A DNA stretch of 11,882 nucleotides, taken from positions 1 to 11,882 of the forward strand of contig JBDRWI010000067.1 in NCBI GenBank assembly GCA_039802265.1, written 5' to 3'. The position numbers and the translations under genes are program-made. Below the pieces are notes generated by a model. That model was not told the origin of the DNA, ran no database searches, and saw only the letters and a list, made by a program, of their open reading frames with translations. Shown here one piece after another: positions 1 through 7,490 of the stretch. The stretch's first letter is position 1; every line of letters starts with the position of its first letter. The DNA is from a candidate division WOR-3 bacterium (GTDB taxonomy: Bacteria; Hydrothermota; Tepidihabitantia; SM23-42; JAOAFX01).

Positions 1-3000
1 TAAAGACTAAATGTAAAACGCCATTATCATAGACAATTTTTTCTCCATTCCCTGCGGTTGCACTTGAATCGCTTGAAGTCAAATAGGAGATTGAGAATAT
101 ATCATTGCTCATATCCGTACCTGTATTATTCGCAATGTCTTTGGAGACTACTTTTATTAAACAATTATCCGATGGATGTTCAGGCACAGTCCAGTTATAC
201 TGATAAGAGGCAATCGGCTCAAAGATTGTATCTATTCCCGTTACATTATGCCAGTCTGCACCACTGTTGGTTGAATAGTAGATGGTCTGTAGTCCAATCC
301 TCGTTGTGTCTGTCACATTCCAGATTATTGGATAGACACTACCAATCTCAAGTTTTTCTCCACCATTGGGTTGAATAACTTGAACAAGGGGTGGTTCGGT
401 ATCCTCACCAATGAATAACCTCTTTATCGTTCCCCCATGGTCGCCGGTCCACGAAGAATAGGCAAAATGCTCAAGACGGAGTTCCTTTATAACCTCCGGT
501 ATCGCATTGTATTCAGCAATATAATCACTGCGTATGTTTCTATAGAACCACTCCCAGGTATTGTAATGCGGTGTCTGGTCGCCCATATCAACCCAGCCAG
601 TATTCTGCCACCAGTTTGAGGCATTCTTTGCATAATACAACCACCTATCCTGCCCTTGATTATCATGAATCAACAAGCCCAATATCAAACTGTGGTCCCT
701 ATCATACTGCTCCCAGTAGACTATCGTGTGCTCTTCTACTGGAAGATCTGTGATATCATTTCGGAGTGTTGGGTGATAATCTGTCCAAAATGCACCTTCG
801 CCCTGATTTCCGTTGTTATCAATATAAAGCCTGACCGAATCACCATCAGCAATGCACTTCAAAATGGCATTTGGGTCATTGCCTAAAATTTCCGCATACC
901 AATGATTATTATAAGGAAACTTGCGCCAAACTTTAATATCGTCAATATAGGCACGAAACTCACCGGTCTCTGCATTTTGTCCATCATCGTAGACAACTAA
1001 AATATTATCCAAAATCTCACCCGCTGCAGGTGTAAGATTGAATATATACTCCACCCATTGGTCCTGGTCCGAAACAGTATGGACTGCTGGGTGAATCCAA
1101 GTCCCGTTCTGGTCAATTATCCAGCCGTATTGATTATGCCAGAAATTCTTAAGATTCAAACCGCCCCAGGTTATCCCATCCAGAGAAATATGACCATAAT
1201 TGCCAGGTGATTTGGCAACATTTATTTTAAAAGAGATAAAAGTCGGATCATCAGTAATCAATAGATTTTCATCAAAGACCTTAAAGATCGCATAACTGTT
1301 AGCATCTGTACTTATGTCCTCCCCTTTTATAAGATATGCCCATTCACTACCATTGGGCGGAACTGGTAATTTATAAAGTCCAGCCGAGTCTGATGTGATG
1401 CATTGCTTATTTTTTTCTAAAATGCAATTTTCTAAAGGTTGCGTATGGGTAGGCTCAAAACCTGAATATGAGAAAGCGCTTCTATCTTCAGTAAATCTTA
1501 AATCCTTTATTGAGCAACCATGGTCGCCGCTCCAATCTTTTCTTGAATAATGGCCGAGTCTCACTGCCTTTAAAATCTTTGGCGAAGTGCCATATTCATT
1601 ATAAAAATCATTATAGACATTTCTTGAAAAACCTTCCCATTTGTTATAATTGTATCTCTGGGTTGGGTCACCCATATCAACAACCCCAATTTCCGACCAG
1701 TGATTTGGGGCATTCGGCGCATAAGTTAGCCAGCGGTCATCCCCCTGCTCATCCTGAATCAATAGCGAATATAAAGATGCAGTGGCTAAATCATATTGCT
1801 GCCAGTAGATAAGCAATTTTTCTCCAACCGTGATATCAGGAATATCTTTTCGCAGCCAAGGCACACTGCTCCAAAATGTATCAGGATATGCACCCTGATT
1901 ATCCAGCATTAATCTCACACCATCATCGGATTGTGGTTCAAACCGAACACTGGCATTGGTATCATTGGGTGCAACCTCAAAATACCAGGTATTTTCCAGT
2001 GGGAATTGGGAGAATATCTGTATGTCATCAATATAAGCAACGAAGTTGCCGGTCTCTTGTGGGTCACGGTCATCATAAATGAGTTCAAGATAGTCAATTG
2101 TCTCACCCGCCGCAGGATTGAGGGTAAAGATATATTGAACCCACTGTCCTTTTGGTGCGCTATGCCAGGCTGGATGGATAATCTGCGAGGTCTGGTCTAT
2201 TATCCGATTGTATTTTGTCCAGGCCCTCAAAATCTTGCCTGATTTCGTATGGCAATCAACACAGATATGACCGGAGTCCGTAGGCGCTTCTTTTACATAT
2301 ATCCAAAAGGAAAGATAGTTATTACTGGTGATTGGAAAGTCATAGTCCAGTATCTTAAAAATGACATAATTATTGCCTGATGTCCCATAGTCATTGCCAT
2401 AAATTTTATACATCTTATCACCAGAGTGTGGATTTACACCGCCCTCTGGACCACTCCGTAGAGCACCATAATTATTTACACCATCAACACCAATAAGAGT
2501 GTTTTCCAGACATGGTGCATCGCCATCTTCAAAACCGCAATAATTGAAAGTAGTAATTGAAAAAGTAAAATCACTCTCATCCCTTGTTTTATTTCCCGCA
2601 TAATCCGAAACCACGACCAGTATTTTACAATCACTTGAATTAACATAAGGCACAAGCCAGTCATAACTTCTTGTATCACCAGAAAGATTAACCACAATTG
2701 GCTCCCAAGTATTACCACCGTCCGTTGTAAGCAAAATAGAATCAATTTTTGCAATCACAACATTGTCCTCAGCAGTCCAGGTAATAGTATGAACTTCACC
2801 AGCATAGAAACTCTCGCCTCCGTTTGGAAAGACCATAGTAGTCTTTGGTAGTATTTCTACTTTCCTGAATGTAAGATAAAATTGGGTATTGGTTGAATTG
2901 CCTTCAGTCCAGATAACATAAAGAGCATCTTTTTGTGGAGAAATATCAGCATGAGGGTAAATTGACCAGCGGCCGGCAGTTTGAGATAAATTTACGGGTG

Positions 3001-5605
3001 GCGATGCCTGTCCATCATACACTTCAGCGTAATAAATGTTTTTGTTTTTCTCCCAGACGACATAATTATTATTAGCAACAATCCCCCAGTCACCATTATC
3101 TATAATCACAGGGGCCGATAAAATGTAGTTTGCACCATCCCACACGAGATTATGATAATCAATTTTATACCCACCTGATGAATTTGTCAAAACTAAACTG
3201 AGAGTATCAGTGCTACCAGAAAGATATGGGTGAAGACCATACGCAAGCCATTGCTCATCTGACCACGAACCCCCTGAAAAATTTCTATATCTAAAGTAAA
3301 TGTCCGCATAATCTTCATATGTGCTGTAAACGAGGGCAAGTCTACCTGATAAATCATAGGCAACACAAGGATTGTAGCGCCAGTTTGCGATGGGACGTTG
3401 GCTATAAGCACTGGTTTGAAGCGAGAAACTTGAAACCCAGATATTGTGATTCGGCCCTTCCTCAATCGCAACAAACCCACTATCCTGGGCAATAATAAAT
3501 GAAATTGGCCGCATCGGTGCTGGTTGGGGATGTTGGTCAGGACCTTCATCTTTAGGATAAGGACCATATTCTACTAAAAAGATTTTCTTGTGTTGCCATG
3601 AGGTTGTATAATAGGAATGATAAAACTCCAAGACCCAATACCACGGTTTGGGCATACCATAATACCAGGTATTATACCATTTACCCCAGACAATGTGTGA
3701 TTTGCCCTGTTGGTCTACAGCAATCGCTGGATAATTTTTATCGCAACCAGCAACACTCTGGATAACCGAAAATGTATTGCCCTCGTCGGTAGATAATGCA
3801 TCCTTTACATCGTGCTGATAATTATCGTAGTAAACAACATAAATATTCTGGGGATTTTGAGGGTCTACTGCAATCTTATTGCCTGTGTTATATGCAGTCA
3901 TCAATGAATCATCCGTTGCTAAGGCACCAGCAACCTTCCCTTTTTCATTTGAAAAAGATGAGATGTGGTTTTGGTCGTCAACAGCAACAACGCGATAGGT
4001 ATATAGAGTGTAAAGTGTTACAGTATTATCAGAGAAAGTATCAGTAGGCGCATTTACCCAACCATAGCCCTCTTGCCAACCCCCATTGTTTACTTTTCTA
4101 TCAATTCTAAATTGATTAGAGTGTGCCGATTTATCCTGCCATTTAATAACCATCCGATGTGGAGTTTCAAATCTATCCGCTACTGAGAGTAAACTTGGTT
4201 CATTAAGCCAGGGAACAGAGACTGATATAGTCGCAGAAGGAGACAATAAATTCCCTTGTTTTGCGCACACCTCATATTCATAGATTGTGCCTCTATTGAC
4301 TGTATTATCCACCCAGTAGGTTTGTTCTGGTGAGGAAGTGCCAATTTGGGACCAGGAACCTCCTGCAATCCTTCTTCTAATTACATAACAATCAATCACC
4401 TTGGGCACCGAATAATCCCAGCGGATTTTTACTTCGTCTTCTTTGGCATAATCACAGCGGAGATTGGTAACCGGGTCAGGGGTATAACCAACTTCGTTGA
4501 AGAATTTGGCGATAAGTTCAGCGGTAGATTTGCAGGCAAGCGGCATCATTGCTTTTGCGACCATTGTTTTTTGGTCATTATGGCCACCCCACATCCAGGA
4601 GGCCCAGGTGGGCAAGCCATCACAAAAATAGAGATAACCCCTGGCAGTATTCCCAAGGTCAACGACTTTATCACTCACATCAAAATTGGGATTTAATGCA
4701 GCTGAATTGGGATAAAATTGAGTTTCCGAAAGCGCTACAACATCGCACGTATCCTCATACCAGCCATGACCAATTTGCGCCATTAATCCATAAAGCCCGG
4801 CAGGCGCGCGATGATTGGGTTGAACACCATCCTGAATAAAATGACATGCTCGTCCTAACCAGCGCAAAGCCTGGGTTCTATTACCAGAATTCCATTCTTG
4901 TTTTGCCCAATTGTAATACTCTTCGCATATATTATGCGCATGACCAATTGTCCAAAAAGTCTGCGGCGATGTGCTACGCCCGTGGGCTAATGGGCAGAAT
5001 CCGAGGTAAATGGTATTTTTGTTACCAAAAGTTGCAAAATTATCTGGCCACATCGCGCTCACGGCAAGATTCTGCGCATAAGTGTAGTCAGGATAATTTG
5101 CTTTATCAGTCACAGTAAAAACTGAGGAACCGATTAAACCCCACAGTCCTGAAGTTAGTAATTCTCCAGCAGTCAAGCCTGGCCCCCAAACCCAGATTAA
5201 CGCTGCCAAAAGAAAAACTCCACCTACAACACCCCCAGTGATATCCTTAAGACCATTTTCATTTGCCCAACATCTAATTGTATCACCAAGAACAAAACTA
5301 CCTGGCAACCGGTCTATCAAATATCCAACCGTAGTCTGCTGCACTTTCATTGTCGGATGGACCTCTGTGCCCCAGAGACACATATTGGATGGAGCACTGT
5401 CTGGATACTGAAAAGTAGTGGAATAAGGGAAATTAACGCGTTCGTTGAAAATGTTATAGTGAACATATTTAGCATAGCCAGAATAATTTGCATTATTTAA
5501 GAGGTATGTTGTTTTAATTGTAATTCGGCCATGAGTATTGCCCCAATACCCATTTACACAACACCAAGGCAATAACATAATGAATACAATCAATAATTTT
5601 TTCAT
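1..5605 (-). CDS. Giant secreted multidomain protein, 3' partial (>1868 aa): signal peptide, Zn-dependent phospholipase C/S1-P1 nuclease-like domain, 2x FN3, propeller-like region, Ig-like (PNGGE) domains, duplicated beta-sandwich modules
   Basis: Manual translation from ATG at 5605 (SD-like AAGGGGA just upstream) has no stop down to base 1, which explains its absence from the ORF track. It starts MKKLLIVFIMLLPWCCVNG|YWGNTHGRI. Zn-ligand motifs: H25, WPD188, LAH208, LGRACH255FIQD259, QPNH265, H280GWYE284. FN3-like units lie at about 4480-4210 (PDPVTNL..IRW..YEYEV) and 4205-3930 (IKWQD..YTYRVVAVD). A propeller-like region lies at about 3920-2860. PNGGE Ig-like units lie at about 2850-2560 and 400-90. 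Confidence 0.93.
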   Translation of the reverse strand, partial: MKKLLIVFIMLLPWCCVNGYWGNTHGRITIKTTYLLNNANYSGYAKYVHYNIFNERVNFPYSTTFQYPDSAPSNMCLWGTEVHPTMKVQQTTVGYLIDRLPGSFVLGDTIRCWANENGLKDITGGVVGGVFLLAALIWVWGPGLTAGELLTSGLWGLIGSSVFTVTDKANYPDYTYAQNLAVSAMWPDNFATFGNKNTIYLGFCPLAHGRSTSPQTFWTIGHAHNICEEYYNWAKQEWNSGNRTQALRWLGRACHFIQDGVQPNHRAPAGLYGLMAQIGHGWYEDTCDVVALSETQFYPNSAALNPNFDVSDKVVDLGNTARGYLYFCDGLPTWASWMWGGHNDQKTMVAKAMMPLACKSTAELIAKFFNEVGYTPDPVTNLRCDYAKEDEVKIRWDYSVPKVIDCYVIRRRIAGGSWSQIGTSSPEQTYWVDNTVNRGTIYEYEVCAKQGNLLSPSATISVSVPWLNEPSLLSVADRFETPHRMVIKWQDKSAHSNQFRIDRKVNNGGWQEGYGWVNAPTDTFSDNTVTLYTLYTYRVVAVDDQNHISSFSNEKGKVAGALATDDSLMTAYNTGNKIAVDPQNPQNIYVVYYDNYQHDVKDALSTDEGNTFSVIQSVAGCDKNYPAIAVDQQGKSHIVWGKWYNTWYYGMPKPWYWVLEFYHSYYTTSWQHKKIFLVEYGPYPKDEGPDQHPQPAPMRPISFIIAQDSGFVAIEEGPNHNIWVSSFSLQTSAYSQRPIANWRYNPCVAYDLSGRLALVYSTYEDYADIYFRYRNFSGGSWSDEQWLAYGLHPYLSGSTDTLSLVLTNSSGGYKIDYHNLVWDGANYILSAPVIIDNGDWGIVANNNYVVWEKNKNIYYAEVYDGQASPPVNLSQTAGRWSIYPHADISPQKDALYVIWTEGNSTNTQFYLTFRKVEILPKTTMVFPNGGESFYAGEVHTITWTAEDNVVIAKIDSILLTTDGGNTWEPIVVNLSGDTRSYDWLVPYVNSSDCKILVVVSDYAGNKTRDESDFTFSITTFNYCGFEDGDAPCLENTLIGVDGVNNYGALRSGPEGGVNPHSGDKMYKIYGNDYGTSGNNYVIFKILDYDFPITSNNYLSFWIYVKEAPTDSGHICVDCHTKSGKILRAWTKYNRIIDQTSQIIHPAWHSAPKGQWVQYIFTLNPAAGETIDYLELIYDDRDPQETGNFVAYIDDIQIFSQFPLENTWYFEVAPNDTNASVRFEPQSDDGVRLMLDNQGAYPDTFWSSVPWLRKDIPDITVGEKLLIYWQQYDLATASLYSLLIQDEQGDDRWLTYAPNAPNHWSEIGVVDMGDPTQRYNYNKWEGFSRNVYNDFYNEYGTSPKILKAVRLGHYSRKDWSGDHGCSIKDLRFTEDRSAFSYSGFEPTHTQPLENCILEKNKQCITSDSAGLYKLPVPPNGSEWAYLIKGEDISTDANSYAIFKVFDENLLITDDPTFISFKINVAKSPGNYGHISLDGITWGGLNLKNFWHNQYGWIIDQNGTWIHPAVHTVSDQDQWVEYIFNLTPAAGEILDNILVVYDDGQNAETGEFRAYIDDIKVWRKFPYNNHWYAEILGNDPNAILKCIADGDSVRLYIDNNGNQGEGAFWTDYHPTLRNDITDLPVEEHTIVYWEQYDRDHSLILGLLIHDNQGQDRWLYYAKNASNWWQNTGWVDMGDQTPHYNTWEWFYRNIRSDYIAEYNAIPEVIKELRLEHFAYSSWTGDHGGTIKRLFIGEDTEPPLVQVIQPNGGEKLEIGSVYPIIWNVTDTTRIGLQTIYYSTNSGADWHNVTGIDTIFEPIASYQYNWTVPEHPSDNCLIKVVSKDIANNTGTDMSNDIFSISYLTSSDSSATAGNGEKIVYDNGVLHLVF
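400..2548 (-). repeat. Protein-level tandem duplication of a two-domain module of about 358 aa (about 2548-1475 and 1474-400)
   Basis: Paired motifs: FNYCGFE/FSYSGFE (1074 nt apart), GHICVD/GHISLD, IIDQ..IHPAWH/IIDQ..IHPAVH, ETGNFVAYIDDI/ETGEFRAYIDDI, VDMGD/VDMGD, WSGDHG/WTGDHG. Confidence 0.9.
4490..5548 (-). other. Zn-dependent PLC / P1-nuclease superfamily catalytic domain within the giant ORF
   Basis: The order and local spacing of Y-x4-H, PD, H, HxxxD, PxH and HxxxE match the tri-zinc ligand set of B. cereus PC-PLC and P1 nuclease. The domain ends in a long helix (KSTAELIAKFFNEV). Confidence 0.85.
4836..5374. repeat. 539-bp direct repeat, copy inside the full-length PLC-like gene
   Basis: Base-by-base comparison with 6684..7222 (offset 1848) found no mismatch. 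It encodes WGTEVHP...LGRACHFI. Confidence 0.97.
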
Positions 5606-5621
5606 AATTCCCCTTTTCAAT

Positions 5622-6668
5622 TTAATCCAACTCAAATTTACTAAGTCCTGAAAGTGTAAGAAACCATTTGTTATTGTGCCGGTCAATGAAAATTCCTTTT
5701 ACATATTCATCTAATAACCCTGAATTTCCCGCATTACTATATCCTCCTTGATTATAACTATGATATTCTGTAATATTCCCTTGTGAATATTTTACAATGC
5801 CTAAATTTAGATCAAGCCAAAGATCATTATTTGTATCAAAAGCGAACTTACCCGGACTACAAGCTAAGTAGTCAATTTGCTCTTTTTTCCAAATTCCGTT
5901 AATAAACTTATAAAAAATTAAGTAATAAGGTTCTGGTTTAAATAGACCAGTCCATATTACGCCAGTTCTATCACAAGTCACACCCGAAAAATAGGTAACT
6001 GAATCACCGGTCGAAGGTGAATTGGGTATCCAAAATTTCACCGTCCTATCGAATTGAGCGAAACCTTTTGGTGTGAGACATATAACATTGTTATCTCCAT
6101 CTATTTCCACTGTAATCATGTAATTATCGGGCAAACCATTATTTACGGTGAATGTATCCCACTTTACACCGTCGTATTGCATTATACCCCTTATAGTTCC
6201 AATCCAGATTTTACTACTTTTATCAATTCTAATTACCGTTACCGAATCACTAACTAATCCAGATTGCTTATTATAAGTCCGCCAAATAGTTCCATCATAG
6301 ATTGCAAACCCTTGGTCTTTGAAACCTACATAAAGTTTTCCATTATCGGCACCATAAACATCAGATACAAACACTGGTTCACTTATACCAATTACGCTCG
6401 CCGGTATTCTTTGCCAGTTTTTCCCATCAAAGCGAAATAACCCTTCGGTTCCGTTGACTTCACCACCCATCCAGATATTCCCCTGCAAATCATCAGTCAT
6501 ACAAGTTGGGAATACTTCAGGATAATTCACCCAGCCAATCATCTCTTCGGGGGTTGGTGACTGGATATCATACTGGCCAATATGACCCAGTTCCCAGCAA
6601 CCAGTTACAAAAACTATCATTAAACTGAACCACAACACGATTATTAAATTAAAAAATAATCTTTTCAT
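5622..6668 (-). CDS. Beta-propeller lipoprotein B (two-component-regulator-propeller-like repeats), 348 aa; candidate immunity or partner protein
   Basis: The probable start is ATG 6668 rather than 6695. It has an AAAGGA SD, an ATGA overlap with the upstream stop and a lipoprotein signal MKRLFF...VTG|C24. Repeats such as GLVSDSVTVIRIDKSSKIWIGT and GLPDNYMITVEIDGDNNV resemble Reg_prop blades. Confidence 0.9.
   Translation of the reverse strand: MKRLFFNLIIVLWFSLMIVFVTGCWELGHIGQYDIQSPTPEEMIGWVNYPEVFPTCMTDDLQGNIWMGGEVNGTEGLFRFDGKNWQRIPASVIGISEPVFVSDVYGADNGKLYVGFKDQGFAIYDGTIWRTYNKQSGLVSDSVTVIRIDKSSKIWIGTIRGIMQYDGVKWDTFTVNNGLPDNYMITVEIDGDNNVICLTPKGFAQFDRTVKFWIPNSPSTGDSVTYFSGVTCDRTGVIWTGLFKPEPYYLIFYKFINGIWKKEQIDYLACSPGKFAFDTNNDLWLDLNLGIVKYSQGNITEYHSYNQGGYSNAGNSGLLDEYVKGIFIDRHNNKWFLTLSGLSKFELD
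6196..6599. repeat. 404-bp near-identical direct repeat (lipoprotein B 5' half)
   Basis: Aligns without gaps to 8068..8471 (offset 1872) with about 21 mismatches by manual count and only 4 amino-acid changes. Confidence 0.95.
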
Positions 6669-7471
6669 GATAATTCCTTTTTTATAAAATGACATGCTCG
6701 TCCTAACCAGCGCAAAGCCTGGGTTCTATTACCAGAATTCCATTCTTGTTTTGCCCAATTGTAATACTCTTCGCATATATTATGCGCATGACCAATTGTC
6801 CAAAAAGTCTGCGGCGATGTGCTACGCCCGTGGGCTAATGGGCAGAATCCGAGGTAAATGGTATTTTTGTTACCAAAAGTTGCAAAATTATCTGGCCACA
6901 TCGCGCTCACGGCAAGATTCTGCGCATAAGTGTAGTCAGGATAATTTGCTTTATCAGTCACAGTAAAAACTGAGGAACCGATTAAACCCCACAGTCCTGA
7001 AGTTAGTAATTCTCCAGCAGTCAAGCCTGGCCCCCAAACCCAGATTAACGCTGCCAAAAGAAAAACTCCACCTACAACACCCCCAGTGATATCCTTAAGA
7101 CCATTTTCATTTGCCCAACATCTAATTGTATCACCAAGAACAAAACTACCTGGCAACCGGTCTATCAAATATCCAACCGTAGTCTGCTGCACTTTCATTG
7201 TCGGATGGACCTCTGTGCCCCATCTAACAAACGTATCCGGGTCTATTGGTGAGATATTATTAGGAGGATGCCATATATTACATTCTTGCAAATATTGGCG
7301 ATTGCTATTATAGATTTGGTAGTAGATGTATTTTGCGACACCTGTATAACCCCCATTCTCTAAAAGCATAGGTGCTTTCAGCATAATACGTCCGTGCGTT
7401 CCACCTTGATACCCCTCATTGACAAATGGAATTAAAACAATAAATACAAATGGAACAATAAATTTTTTCAC
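6665..7471 (-). pseudogene. Truncated (orphan) N-terminal PLC/P1-like cassette, about 268 aa
   Basis: The probable start is GTG 7471 after GAGGTG, giving MKKFIVPFVFIVLIPFVNEG|YQGGTHGRI. The N-terminus diverges from the giant ORF, the next segment is identical, and the ORF ends ...ACHFIKKELS*. It lacks the D, H, H and E ligands that follow in the full-length copy. It may still be translated. Confidence 0.85.
6684..7222. repeat. 539-bp direct repeat, copy inside the truncated cassette
   Basis: Identical to 4836..5374. Confidence 0.97.
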
Positions 7472-7490
7472 AATCACCTCACATTTTTTA

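Noticed and set aside
2249..2263. CxxCH (CVDCH) heme c-binding motif in the giant ORF
   Set aside because: The paralogous positions read CMDAY and SLDGI, so the motif is not conserved, and it lies in a predicted beta-strand. It is probably chance.
58..5118. Many short plus-strand ORFs and off-frame minus-strand ORFs in the track, including the duplicated 90-aa ORF
   Set aside because: They are shadows of the long minus-strand genes and have no recognisable motifs. The 90-aa duplicate only reflects the 539-bp repeat.
6669..6695. Listed start of the 357-aa ORF at 6695
   Set aside because: It lies inside the duplicated enzyme segment. ATG 6668 has the SD, the ATGA coupling and a proper lipoprotein signal.
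4836..7222. Insertion sequence or transposon bounded by the long direct repeats
   Set aside because: There is no transposase, integrase or terminal inverted repeat, and the repeats are coding segments of the enzyme gene.
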